Assembly (NCBI RefSeq): GCF_964194155.1 | Contig: NC_135898.1 | Coordinates: 23,188,001 to 23,252,000, forward strand | DNA length: 64,000 nucleotides | Direction: 5' to 3' | Source of the DNA: Cetorhinus maximus | Taxonomy: Eukaryota | Part shown: positions 51,201-64,000 of the stretch, piece after piece | Layout of the letters: each line of letters starts with the position of its first letter | Numbering within the stretch: the stretch's first letter is position 1 | Program-made: the position numbers and the translations under genes | The notes under the pieces: model-generated | What the model was told of the DNA's origin: nothing | Seen by the model: only the letters and a program-made list of their open reading frames with translations | Database searches by the model: none

Positions 51201-51560
51201 AGACATGTTGCTGAAGCTTTTCACCATTGCACAAATGCAAGAATGCCAAATTTCAAACAATCACAACAATTTATACCACAGGAGAAAAATGTGCTGATTG
51301 GTTCGCAAGTCGACTCTGATTGGGCGAGACATTGCCATGGAGAAGGCAATAGGCTCACCAAGATAATTCAAAAAGGGTCCAAGGTTTGAACATATTCCTT
51401 TCGTTTGCAGAGAACAGGTCTCTGCGAATGGATGTATGTCACTTCTAGCAAACGTCTACGTTACGAGCTCAATTGATTATCTTAAATTGATTTTTAATGT
51501 AGCTATTAGCGCACTCAGGATTGTTCAGCAATTTCTGTTTTGCTATCAAATTTCTCTCTC
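51200..51560 (-). mobile_element. PLE family B 3' fragment
   Basis: Minus-strand KLLNNPECANSYIKNQFKII matches the 8112-8327 ORF; same terminal sequence. Confidence 0.68.
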
Positions 51561-51829
51561 TGCTCTGAAGCAGTTTGGTACAATGACTTTGCAAAACTAC
51601 CAAATGGAGTTCAATGTAGGGAAGTGTGAGGTCACCCACTCTGGATACAAGAGAGACAAAAACAGAAAAATGCAGGAGCAAGGAGTTATGTGTCCGTGTA
51701 CATACATCACTAAAAGCTAGCAGACAGGTACAAAATCAAAAAGGCTAAGGGGATTCTGACCATTATCTCAGGGACGGGGGGAGGGGTGTTTAGAGGAGGA
51801 AGTTATAATTCAGTTGTGCACAGCCTTAG

Positions 51830-52720
51830 TTCGCTGATGATTGCATAATGTTCAGCACATTCGCGACTCCTCAGATACTGAAGCAGTCCATGTCCAAATG
51901 CAGCAAGACCTGGAAAATATCCAGGCTTGGGCTGCCAAGCGGAAGTAACATTCACACCACACAAGTGCCAGGCAATGACCATCTCCAACAAGAGAGAATC
52001 TAACCATAGCCCCTTGATGTTCAATGGCATTACCATCACTGAATCCCCCACTATGAACATCCCGGGGTTTACTATTGACCAGAAACTGAACTGGACTAGC
52101 TATATAAATACTGTGGTTACAACAACTGGTCAGCGGCTATGATTCCTGCGACAAGTAACACACCTCCTGACTCCCCAAAGCCTGTCCACCATCTACAAGG
52201 TACCAGTCAGGAGTATGATGGAATACTCCCCACTTGCCTGGATGAGTGCAGCTCCCACAGCACTCAAGAAGCTTGACACCGTCCAGAACAAAGCAACCTG
52301 CTTGATTGGCACCACATCCACAAACATTCACTCCCTCCACCACTGAAGCACAGTAGCAGCAGTGTGTACCATCTTCAAGATGCTCTGCAGAAACTCTGCA
52401 AGGCTCCTTCGATAACACCTTCCAAACTCATGACCACTATCATCTAGAAGAACAAAGGCACCAGATAGATGGGAACACCACCATCTGGAAGTGCCCCTCC
52501 AAGTCACTCACCATCCTGACTTGGAAATATATTGCTGTTCCTTCACTGTCGCTGGGTCAAAACCCTGGAACTCCTCCCTAACAGCACTGTGGGTGTACCT
52601 ACCCCACATGGACTGCAGCGGTTCATGAAGGCAGCTCACCATCACCTTCTCAAGGGCAACTAGGGATGGGCAATAAATGCTGACCCAGTCAGCGAAGCCC
52701 ACATCCTGTGAATGAATTTT
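51830..52720 (+). mobile_element. Second CR1/L2-group LINE family RT end plus 3' region
   Basis: FADD...VTFTPHKCQAMTISNKRESN...IDQKLNWT. Confidence 0.8.
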
Positions 52721-53381
52721 TAAAAACAGTCACAGGAGATATGGAGTACTACATTCAGTCCTGTGCAGGAAGGATATGAATATTCAAAAGCTGTTTCTTC
52801 TGGTGGGATATCCAGAAGAAGAGGGAATAGATAAGATTAAAGACAGGCCATTCAAGGAGTGAAATCAGAAAGCATTTTTTAATACAAAGGGTGGAACACT
52901 CTCCCTGCAAAAAGGCTGTGGATGCCGAGGTCATTGGCTTTTTTGTTAGGGGTATCAGCTGGATTATGGGGCAAGTGTGAGTATGGTCCATGATCTAACT
53001 GAATGGCAGAAGAGGCTCAAGGGGCCGAATGGCCACTTCCTGTGCACAATAGCAATTGCTCAGCATCCCTGGTTTTTATTGAATATGTTCTGAGTAGGTT
53101 GGTCAGTAGGTGGAGCTTTAAAAAACACTGAATGGTGAAGTTCACTTTCTGTTTGAATTAGTCCAAACTTACCTCATTTGCTTCCAATCTTTCGGATCCC
53201 AAGAGGAACTTGATTTGACATCAACCGTCTTTCAATCATTAACCCAGGGCACTTCATTCATTCCATCCCTTCCAACTGCATGTGCTAACTTGTCTCACTG
53301 CCTGGATTAGTAAATTCAGTTTCACTGCAATTCACTATTTGCATAAAACCATCATTAAAAACATCACCAGAAAACCAGAGA

Positions 53382-53485
53382 AAAAACAAGAACAGAATTA
53401 CCTGGAAAAACTCAGCAGGTCTGGCAGCATCGGCGGAGAAGAAAAGAGCTGACGTTTCGAGTCCTCATGACCCTTCAGCAGAACT
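53382..53485 (-). mobile_element. ~100-bp PLE family A insertion consisting only of the HHR motif plus tail
   Basis: TSD GAAAACCAGAGA at 53370-53381 and 53486-53497; near-identical to 521-603. Confidence 0.82.
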
Positions 53486-54445
53486 GAAAACCAGAGACAA
53501 AAAACTGCCTAAATTAACCATAATTATTTTTCAAGCAGTGATGAGAAAATACCCTCTTTTGCCTTATAACTCCTCACTAAGCGCAGTTGGTAGAGTCAAT
53601 GTGTAATCGAGCCAGTCAAACTGCAATGGCTCCCATTTAAGCAGCTCCCACAACATTGTAAGGCAGGTTGGTGCCCATTTCCACGAAAACACGCCCAATG
53701 TTTTCCCATGCCCATTCCCGTAATTCCGTTTTGTTTCTCACTGCCTTGGCTTCAACTACCTTTCTTGCCAACAGATTTTGATTGACACAGGAGTCAAGGG
53801 TTATGGGGGGACAGACAGAAAAGTGGAGTTAAGGTCCAGAATAAGATCAGCCACGATCTTAGCGACTGGCGGAGCAGGTTCGAGGCACCAAATGGCCCAC
53901 TGAAGCTCCTATATACGTTCTTATGATTCTAACTGATCACCCTCTGTAAAGAAATATTAATTGTTGACTGCGCTAAATATGCTTAAAAATATTCATTCTC
54001 AGGATATGTTGCTTGAATGGCCACTATTCATTGTCCCCCTAGTTACCCTGAGAAGGCAGTGCAAACCTTCTTCTTTAGCCATTGCCATCTCTATTGATTC
54101 TTTGTGGCATTTTGATTCAACTGTGCAGTTTGCTTGCCTATTTCGGAGGGTGGTTAACAGTCAACAACTTTAAATAGTGACTGGGTAAGGACAGTTGGTT
54201 TCCTTCCTTAAAAGGCATCTGTGAAACAATCAAATATTTTTATGCTAATCCATCATGGTCACTTTTGCTAACGGTCAGCTTTATCTTTCCAGTTTTTTTA
54301 AACTGAATTGAAATATTTCGACGATCACTGTGGCGATTTGAATATGTGTTCTCTGGATTATTGGTGCAGGCCTCTGAGTCATTAGTCTAGTGACACTGCC
54401 TGAGCTGCATCCTCCTGTCCTGCATCCCTAGCCTCTAGAGTGTGG

Positions 54446-55363
54446 TGTTATGACTTCGGGTCAAATCTAGGTTTACTATTTATTTTAGAATCCGAAACTT
54501 CAGGTATTTGCTAAAAACAAATTAATCCACAAGAGGCTCATGGTTTAATAAAGCATTTTATTGCACCAAAATTAAAGAATGTTAATCCTAATAACTAGAC
54601 TCTTTTAAATAGTCAGTTACATTAAAGATAGAAAAACTACAATGCACTCAGTTATAATCTAAACTGAACTCCTTAAATGCACTTTCCTTCTAAACCCATT
54701 TGACTTACACCCCAAAACTCAAGTCAGATATTTATCAAAAATTGAAAGATTAACCACTTGGTCTGAGTACTGCTTCGAAGATTTGTATGGCAGTTGAGAC
54801 TTCTTGGGACTTTCGCTTACTTCTAGCAAGGTTGTCTCTTCAAACACCTCCAACCTTCCTACAGTCGCAAACTCCCCGTTCAACACAGGCGTCTGGCGTC
54901 TTAAGTGCCGCCACCTTGGGTCAGAACTCCCCTGGTTCTAATATTCTTTAATTCTTCTAATATTCTTTGACTCTGAAGTTTTGCACCTAAAACACTCTCT
55001 CTCTCAGCTTGGCTATTACCAGAACTTCAACTCACTGATAGGAGTCCTTCAGTTAACAAGAGTTTTACTCTCTTTTAGCCAACATACAAAATTCCAACTG
55101 AACTTTGTTTGAGAGCGATCTTTCTCTTCTGCAGCCAGCTTGGCCCAAAACCGTTCAAACACAGAACCGCCCCCTATAATTTCACTTATATTGACCTTTA
55201 TTCACTCTGCTGTTTATCTCTCAAACAACCTGGTCACATGATTATTTACTGGCAGCCAGTGCTTTACCATAAATACCCTTGCAGAGAAACCTAATTCTTA
55301 AAGGGATCATCAACCCACATAAAATATAGTTTCTTTTCTCCCCAAAAGCATATCAGCCATCAC
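54446..55363 (-). mobile_element. Possible solo LTR
   Basis: TGTTATGA...CCATCACA termini (TG..CA with a short imperfect inverted repeat) and minus-strand AATAAA near 54560; no clean TSD. Confidence 0.35.
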
Positions 55364-57659
55364 AGCAGTTTGAACCCATGAACTTCTGACGTTCTGACCA
55401 TCAGGCAAGAATGGTCCCATTGAGTGCCGCTCGCTCTCCAGACTCACATATGACCATTTGGATGAAGTAGCAGGCATCAGTGTCCATGAAAATATACTTC
55501 AGAAGGTGTCAGCATCTTCAGAAGAGAAGGGCAGAAAAATTAGAGGGAATAGATGAATTAGATATATGAGGAGATGAGTTCTAGGAACAGATGGGTTTCT
55601 GGGATGCTAAATTTCAAAAATGCCATTTCAGCAGCTTATCTGAAAGTCTCTTCTGTACAAAGTCCAGTTCAGCCAAACAGTGAGGTAACATCTCGAACAC
55701 AGAGCAAATATAGAGGGAGAAAACATGCTGATTGTTCTGAAAACTGTAATCAGTAGCTCATATGTATTCCTGAGTATAATCAGCAAGTAACTGAACCATA
55801 CAGACCATCCAGCTTGGATTCCAGCTTTGTGCGGGGTTAGTTACTGAGGTGGCATTAGGGACATTACAGTTAGGGAGAGAAGCCATCCAAAGTTTATGGT
55901 CCTGATCCCTAGGTCTTCCTGGAAAATGCATGTCTCTGGATGCTCTTTGGTCAAACCCATGCCAACGTCCTGTGTCAATGTACACATTGTGAAGAATGCA
56001 TGGTCACTTGAGAGGGTTGGCAGATGGCACATGGCACACCCCAGCAAAGAGTCAGTGCCTTCCGAGCAGGAGGAGTGAACAGTTGCAAGAAAACAATAGC
56101 AACCCTATAGAAGAAAGAAGAAAGAACTTGCATTGATCTAGCATGTTCACAACCTTGGGGCCTCCCAGTGAAATACCTTTTGAAGTACACTCACTGTTGT
56201 AAAGTAGGGACACGTGGTCTTTCTCTATCAGCACTAGGACATCAGCAGTTCAAGGTGAAAGTCCAGTACTCTTTCTCAGGGTAACTAAGAATGGGCATTA
56301 ATGGCAGCCTTGCCAATGTCACCCACTGAGAATAAAATATTAAAAATGAACATGGGTGTTAATTTGAAATGAGTTGGCGCCTCCAATAAAATAGCTTGCA
56401 AAAGAACATGCAATGCATGGTGCCATCAGTTTCTTTAGACGCTAGGCAGCTGAAACAGAGGTCTTTAAAGGAATCGCTGGAGGCTGCCACTGTGGTTGCC
56501 TGAATCACCCTTCCCTGCTTTTCAGGGTTTGCGAGCTGCCTCTGGGGCCATAACTGGCATCTGCAGCTTGCCAGTGTTACAATCCTTGGCCAGACCACGG
56601 GACATGGAAGCAGATCCAGTTAGGGACCAATAACGTTTTGATTAAAGTAGATAAAGGTTGAGATTCAAGACACTGGCTTTTGGAACAAAGTCACAAGATT
56701 CCATGGGTTGTGAGCTAAGAGAAAAAAGCTTTACTATCCAAGAAAGATAAAACAACTTATAATATGTAACTTATACGCTAACATTCAGGGTAAGTATGAG
56801 GTACATGTGAATTAACAGATGAACTGAGAGTCAAACACACCACATTACAGAGTAAATGACAGATGCAACCTAGACAGAGTCCATGGATTTCTCAAGAACC
56901 CACCCAGAGGTCAGTAAACACCAAGTCAAACAATCTCATTGAAACTGTCTCGTGAGGATCCCCAGCTTCACCGTCGAGGATCTCTCTTTGGAATTCTCTC
57001 CAAAAGTTGCTCCCACTTGGGCAGCATTAACAGTGGCCCACCTCACAGGGTTTCAATCTCGCCTTCCTTCTCCCTGGATTCCCGAGCACACGCAACACTA
57101 GTTCACAAACATGCTTTCAGACTTCTGGCCACGCCAAGCAGAACACCTCTGCTCCAAACGGGTACTTTTGCCCCAATGGTCCTCTATACTTAAAGTCTGC
57201 TCCCCACAGCTCTTCCTTTAACTTAAGGGACCTGTTTCTGTCCCTTTTGCCTTTGTGACACTTGTTGACTGGCAGACTGCCTCAAACTGACTGCCTCAAG
57301 AAGAGGCTGACACTTGAACTGATCTAGGGACCAATCAAAACACTCCCAGATGGTTCCACCCTTGTTACTAGGCAGGAACCAAGATAACAAGCATTGAAAA
57401 ATCTTGTACCTTAAAGGTTACAACCTCCACAGGCAGCTAATTTAGCACTCAGGGACATGCAGAGCAATGGATTTCATGATACAGGTAATGAGCAAGTGAG
57501 GCAGGCAGACCAATTTGCCGTATTCCTGCTGCTGCCCCAGGATTGCACATCAAGACTGAGCCATTGTATTGAGGAGAATAGAATTGTGAATGTTGAGCGT
57601 GCCCAGTCTGCTGAAGTGATATTATCAGCAAAACAACAGATGGAAAGAAAAGAAATGCA

Positions 57660-58085
57660 GAACTTGCATTTCTGTAGTGCCTTTCATGGTCTCAGGACAT
57701 CCCATAGCGCTTTTCAGTAAATGAAATACTTTTTTGAAGTGTTGTCACTGTTGTAACATATGAAACACAGCAGCCACTTGGTGCAAAGCAACATCTCAGC
57801 AATGAGATAATGACAAGATAATCTGCTTGTTTTGGTGATATTGGGTGACAGATAAATGTTGGCTGAGAGAATTCCCCTGGTCTCCTTCATGGCAGGATTG
57901 TTTAAGTCCTCCTGGGAGGCCAAGCTTCAGATTAATGTCTTATCTGGAAGACAGAACCTTCAGCAGTGCAGCAGACCCTCAGCATGGGGCTGAAATGTCA
58001 GCATTGATTATGTATTCGTGTCTCTGGAGTGGGTCTTGAGTTCACAACATTCTGACTGAGAGACAACAGAGCTACCTTGGAGCCA
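57660..58085 (-). mobile_element. Deu-domain SINE with L2-like tail, decayed
   Basis: Reverse-complement similarity to 4783-5130; tail ...AAATGCAAGTTC. Confidence 0.6.
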
Positions 58086-58459
58086 GGTTAGATTTGGAAA
58101 TGAAGATATCATTGACATGGAGAAGACTAAGGAACAGAATGAGGGAGAGAACAGAGTCCTGAGTTTGGAGGACATGCTATGAACTATAACACATATGGTT
58201 CAATGAAAAGATACTCGAAAATTACCATCTGATTTGAGCTCAATCATTCTGAGGGAGTGTATCTTGGTTTAACTAAAACCTTTGTGGAGTAGACATGCTG
58301 AGCTTGCTAGTTCTCATGTATAATATCTGAACCGAGAGTTTGTTATTGTAAAGATTCAAACCACATCAGTCACTGTTACCTTCCTCTTCCTCGAATCCTC
58401 AGGTTACTTGGTTCCTGTCAATGATTTTGAGGCATTATTGAGCCTTTTTGTAGATTCAT

Positions 58460-59260
58460 GGAACCTTACCACACAGAAACAGGCCATTCAGCCCATCATG
58501 CATGTGCCAGCTCTTGGTAGGGCTTTTCAATTAGTCCCACTCTTTTCCCAAAGCCTTATAATATTTTTCCCCCTTCAGGTATTTATCCAAATTCCTTCTG
58601 AAAGTTACTATTGAATCTACTTCCCTTCCAAACAGTACAGTCAAGATCATAACTCATTGTGTAAGTTCTTTCCCCCTGATGTTGCCTCTGGTTTTTTAAC
58701 CAATCCTTAAGTCTCAGACTGGGTTTTCTGGCCCCACCTGCTGCCGGGATCTTCTGGTCCCGCTGAAAGTCAATGGACTTTTGGCTGGACCGCCGCATCC
58801 CTGGCGGCACAGCGGGTCTGGAAAATCCTGGCCTATGTCATCTGGTTACTGACCCTCCTGCCACTGGAAACAGTTTCTCCTTATTTACTCTATCAAAACC
58901 GTTCATGATTTTGAACACCTCTATCACGTCTCTTCTCAACCACTCCTGGGCTAAAGAAAACCTCGCCCACTTCTCCAAACACTCCAAATAGCTGAAGCCC
59001 CTCAACCTTGGTACCATTCTTGTAAATCTCTTCTGCAACATCCCTTAGGCCTTGAAGCCTAACCAATGATTTATAGAGGTTTAGCATAACTTCGTTACTA
59101 CTGCACTCCATGCCTCTATTAATAAAGCCAAGGACCCCATATACTTTTTTAACAGCCTTCTCAACTTGCCCTGCCACCTTCAAAGGTTTGTGAACATAAA
59201 TCCCCTATGTGTCTCAGTTCCTGCACCCCCTTTAGAATTGTATCATTGAGTTTAAATATA
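58460..59260 (-). mobile_element. CR1 3' fragment with a nested small MITE
   Basis: LGFINRGMECSS..VMLNLYKSLVR; QKRFTRMVP. Confidence 0.82.
58717..58833. mobile_element. Small MITE-like insertion
   Basis: Imperfect inverted termini GACTGGGTTTTC / GAAAATCCTGGCC; GC-rich block interrupting a CR1. Confidence 0.5.
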
Positions 59261-60229
59261 CCCCCCATTCAAAGCCTTTGGTTCTAGTAAATCTTTTAAA
59301 ACTTCTCCCATGGAAGAAGTGGGTGCTGTTATGAAACAGAACAGGAAGACCCATTTTGTTCTGTGCCAAGTTAGTGGATTTCAACCAGGGCACCACAGTG
59401 GGCGTTATAGTAGACCTTACTGCTCCTGTATTAGGGTGGGAAACAAAGTCATGATAACTCTCTAATTGCCCTGGTTGGAGACCGAGTGCAAGTGTAAGAA
59501 GTCAGGTAAGCAGGCTGAGCTGTGATGCCTCTCCAGTCAAATAGCCTGTTAAAACGTGCAGTCCCAGCGCATGCATTGAAAACGGTCACCTGGATGGAGT
59601 TTCAGGCAGTTTCTATTCCCCAACTTTTACAACTGCGATCCAACATGAGTATGATTGAAAACTCAGTTTGTCAGGATGTTGCTTGCATCGCCTTAGCACT
59701 TATAGATGCTGCTATTTTTAGTTATTGTCTGCGAGAGATGTTTCATTGGCCAGCCTTTCCTCTCTCAAATTCCTGCCCTACTGATAATAAATTTCCTCTG
59801 TGGAAGTATTTACATGAAGGAAGTTGGCTCTGAAAGTGTGTTTATCTAGTATGGCGCTACCTGTCAAATAACTCTTCACAGTAACAATGCTATCTGAAGA
59901 ACTGCCACAACCACTGTGAATTCATTCAGATTTCTTGTTTCGTTCTCTTAATTTAAATTTGTAACATACAGCTGTGGTCCACCAATCTGTTGCAGGCCAG
60001 TACGTGACCGTTAACAGAATACAGAAAAGATGCGAGCCCTTCCGAGTTCAAAACACTAGCAGAAGGCAGCAGGTAGAGAGGAGGGCTGAAAATGAGCAAA
60101 ATAGTTATTCAAAATTATAAGAAAGGGCATTCTTTTAGGATATGTCTTTAACAGTAACTAAATGAACAATATAATTTGGTAAATCTGAAACATTAACTTC
60201 CATCCTTACAAACGGCAATGTTTCCAAAA

Positions 60230-61190
60230 ACATCTATAACTACAGGGGCTGCGGGAGCAGAGAGACCCGGGGGTATATGTGCACAAGTCATTGAAGGTGG
60301 CAGGGCAGGTTGAGAAAGTGGTTAATAAAGCATACTGTATCTGCGGCTTTATAAATAGAGGCGTAGAGTACGAAAGCAAGGAAGTTGTGATCAACCAGTG
60401 TAAAACTCTGGTTTAACTTCAACCGGAATATTGCGTCCACGTCTGGGCGCCACGCTTTAGGAAGGGCGTTGAGGTGTTAGAGAGGGTGCAGAAAAGATTT
60501 ATGAGAATGGTTCTGAGCAACTTCAGTTACTGGGATAGATTGGTGAAGCTGGGTCTGTTCTCCTTGGAGAAGAGAAGGTTGAGAGGAGATTTGATAAAGG
60601 TGCTCAAAATTATGAGAGGTCTGAACCCCACCCCCACTAGGGCCACCTGTCACTTGCTCATTTTGCTTTCTACTTTTAATGTCAGCATTAGCACCTCTTT
60701 TAGCCAGTACCACCACCATTAACACCCCTTTGACCTTTTGTTTATGACATCTTTTGCCATCTCTCCTTTGCCTCCACCTATCACTGGCCCTCTATCCAGC
60801 TCCACCTGTTCCACCCCCACCTTAAACAGTATATATTTCACCACATTTGTACTTCTCTTTAGATCTGAAGAAGAGTCATACGGAATCAAAACGTTAACTC
60901 TGTCTTTCTCTCTACAGATGCTGTCAGATCTGCTGAGTTTTTCCAGCATTTTTTGTTTTTGTTACAGATTTAAGGTGATTGGCAAACAAACCAGAGGTGA
61001 CATGAAAAAAAGCAACTGGTTAGGATCTGGAATGTACAACCTGAGAGTGTGGCGGAGGCAGATTCAATTGTGGCTTTCAAAAGGAAATTGGATAACTATC
61101 TGGAGAGAACAAATTCACACGGGTATGTGGAAAAGGTGAGGGCGTGGGACTAGCTGAATGAATCTTACAGAGAGCTGGCACAGACCCAAT
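60230..61190 (+). mobile_element. CR1 3' fragment interrupted by a PLE
   Basis: LERVQKRFMRM...LGLFSLEKRRLRGDLIKV. Confidence 0.82.
60623..60963 (+). mobile_element. PLE family A 3' fragment nested in a CR1
   Basis: Homologous to 31020-31388 and to the reverse complement of 50395-50680; degenerate HHR at 60862-60900. Confidence 0.75.
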
Positions 61191-62437
61191 GACTGACAGG
61201 TTTGTCTGAAGAACATAAGGTCTGTTTTACGATTTCTTCAAATTGGTGAACTCTCAGCTCCTGGCATTGAAGTCATCACTGAGGAACGCACGGCTGTAAT
61301 GACTCTATCCCTGTGAACAATCGCTTCCTCCTGGTCACTTGTGCATGCTCCCACACATTTTCTATAGCCTACACATCCAGGATGTCTATATATACAGGAT
61401 GTCTACACCATTGTTTACCCACCCGAGGAGAGTATCACACATGAGTAACTGTCCCTGAACTCAGAGTCATTGAACAAATGGAGGGAGGAAATGAAAGGTA
61501 AAATAATGTAGTCAAGGCTGATGTGAAGGCCAGTCATGAGTAACTAACTCCCAGTACATGGATTCATATGTAATTTATTCTTTGAACTTCAGCTGTTTAC
61601 CTCCCTGTTAGTTCAGTTGGTAAAAAAAGTGTATTAAGTGAACCATGTGAAGCCACAATGTCCCAGGTCTGAATCATCCATTTACCTGAGCAGGAACACT
61701 TGATCCTCAGCCAATCTAACAGTTGGAACAAGTGAACCAAAAACTCTCTTGTTGAGGGGGGGGCAAAGAAATATATTAGGTATTGTTTTCATTCCTAAAC
61801 ATTATTCGGTGCTCACTGTGTATTGTTGGAACTCAGGGTGGGGATAGAATCAGGCTGGGCTCTGATGTCAACCAAATCTCTGTCTGGGCTCACGTACGCC
61901 TGTTTGGGTAAAGTTGGAGGACATGCAACACATTTGGTGCACAGCGAATGAATAACAATGAACACTGGCTCATGTCCAGCATCCTAGTCCAAAGTCCCTG
62001 CTCGTAGGAACAGGAGGAGGCCATTCAGCCCACCAAAACTGGTTCCATCATTCAGTCACACCATCTGTGTCTTAAAGTCATTCACCCGCCTTAGTTCTGT
62101 AACCTTTGATACCTAATGCCTAGCAAAAAGTTACCAATTTCAATTTCGAAATTTTCAATTGGCCCAAAGCTTTAACAGCTTTTTGGGGGAAAATTTTCCA
62201 CTAGCCTTTGTGTAAAGAACTGCCACCTGACATCATCCCTGATCAGCTTAGTTCTAATTTTAGGGTTATAACCCCCTTGTTCTGGACTCTCCTCATCAGA
62301 GGAAATAGTTTCTCTTCATATCAAATCCTTTAAGTCGTCTCAAACACCTCAATTAGATCGCCCATTAATCTTCTAAACTCAAGGAAATGGAAGCTCAGTC
62401 AGTGCATTCTGTCTTCATCATTTAACCCTCTTAGCCA

Positions 62438-63157
62438 CAGGGCTGAATTTTCTGGCTGACATGCGGGTGGCGGAGCCCGCAAATCAGCGCTTAAACTGTC
62501 ATGAGCTGATGTCGCGTGAGCGTCCCGACATCAGCGCGCACCATCGCGATGTTTAGATCGGTGGGCGCGCTATGCAGCGCGACACGCGCCCGTCATTAAT
62601 CAAAGGCCTTGTTAAGGCCATTAAGTCAGCAAGTGGCGACGATTTTGAGGAGCCCGTGCGATCTTCGGCTCGGCGCACGGGCCCAACGGGCAGGCGGGTA
62701 AGTGATCTTTTAACAAACCTCATCCACTGGCGGGATGAGGTTTGAGTTTGGATTTTAAAAAGTTTAATAAAGCTTTTGTGTACTTTATTAACATGTCCCA
62801 TCTCGTGTGACATTTTCACATGAGGGGGACATGTTAATGATTTTTTTATTTTTCTATTTTTCAACTTTCACAACCTTTCAGCGATCTCCCTGAGGCACCA
62901 CTTAGCCTCAGGGAGACGTGCGCTATTTCATGCGCATGCGTGAAAGAGTGCACTCTCGCAGTTGGGGAATCCCCCCCCCTCCACTGCCCGCACAGGAAGC
63001 GCATAGCGCTTCCTGTCTGGCGTCACGCTGAGCGGACCTTAATTGGCCCGCCCACGTAAAATAGTGGTGGGGCCTGTTTCGGCGGCGGGGATCAGCTCCC
63101 CGCCCACCGCCAAGTCGGTCGGGCCCGCCCGCCCATCAAGGGCAAAATTCAGCCCTG
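62438..63157. mobile_element. Non-autonomous DNA transposon (PIF/Harbinger-like MITE), CpG-rich
   Basis: Perfect 14-bp inverted termini CAGGGCTGAATTTT / AAAATTCAGCCCTG; interrupts a minus-strand CR1; TSD ambiguous. Confidence 0.72.
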
Positions 63158-64000
63158 TATCATTCTGCTAAAGTTGGGATGACCCTGCTTTGGCAGGCGA
63201 TGGGACCCATTTTACGCACAGCAACCAATTAAGTAGCTGCTGCCAGTCCTGCCATCCAATTAAGGATGGCAGCCTGCCCCCAAGAGCTGCCAGCCCAATC
63301 AGAAAGCTGGCAGCTCAGCAGCGCCACCAGTGGCTGCTGCTTGGGTTGCACCTGGAGGAGGAGGACTCAGCGATGGATGTGCACCCGCACAACCAGGCAA
63401 TCAGGGGTATGTGGACAATGGGGCCCCAAGTTGGTGAGGCCAGATGGCACCGATGCTGGGGCTATTGCCGCTGCGGGGCGTGGGGTGGCCCCTTCGTGGG
63501 CTAAAGTGTGCCCAAAAAGAAGCCTGCCTCCCCCCACCCTAGAACCCACAGGATTTACCTGGCAGAAGGCCCCACCGCTGGCGAAAAACCAGCAGAGGCG
63601 GGTAGAAACCCTCAATTGGCCACTTAAATGGCTCAATTGGACTCTGGGCATGAGGATCATCTGCCACCCTTCCTGGCAAATTGTCAGGAAGGCATTGGGA
63701 ACACTACCCGCTGCCTACCCACAGCATTTTGGCAGCCTTCCCATCTCCGAACTCGTCTTAAAAGATCCTAGATAATCCCGGCCTAGGACTCCCACTACAG
63801 TTACTTCCTCAAAAAGCTTAAACGGGTTCACGAGATACGTGTTGGCTCATTCTGAGCAGATCTTTTTGTTCAGGCGCTTAGTCGCTCTATCCCTTAGGGC
63901 CTATAATTTTCTAGTTTCTCTCTCCTACCCTTCTTAAATCATTGAGTAACATTGGCAGTTTCCCATTCTAGGAGAACAATTCCTGAATCAAGAGCTTTTT

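Noticed and set aside
63190-63775. 104-169 aa ORFs near the window end
   Set aside because: GC-rich repeat-like sequence with no recognisable domain or splice structure.
51560-64000. VAMP5/VAMP8 exons expected upstream of RNF181 by synteny
   Set aside because: No SNARE or transmembrane exon with splice sites could be recognised by eye; they may lie beyond the window. A tblastn search would settle it.

Overview
Eukaryotic, repeat-rich genomic DNA. The repeat families and gene style suggest a cartilaginous fish such as a shark (inference). Two convergent protein-coding genes are supported by exon reconstruction. TMEM150A contributes its last two coding exons (+, 1063-1240 and 17130-17368), joined by a 15.9 kb U12-type minor-spliceosome intron. 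RNF181 is complete in 5 exons (-, 46970->34354, 156 aa RING-H2 ligase) with a CpG-rich, CCAAT-repeat promoter. The rest is mostly decayed CR1, L2 and RTE LINEs, tRNA/Deu-type SINEs, Harbinger-like MITEs, a 25-bp minisatellite, and a young 5'-truncated Tx1-clade LINE with a target-site duplication (TSD). There are also two families of Penelope-like elements (PLEs) carrying minimal hammerhead ribozyme (HHR) motifs. Most notable: (i) an inverted ~90%-identical copy of RNF181 exon 2 and its splice acceptor inside intron 1; (ii) short TSD-flanked hammerhead/fold-back PLE derivatives, one just 3' of the TMEM150A stop; (iii) a Tx1 element inserted in a PLE terminus, with its RT fused in frame to an ATG in the RNF181 promoter. 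Repeat boundaries are approximate and were read by eye; no database searches were run.
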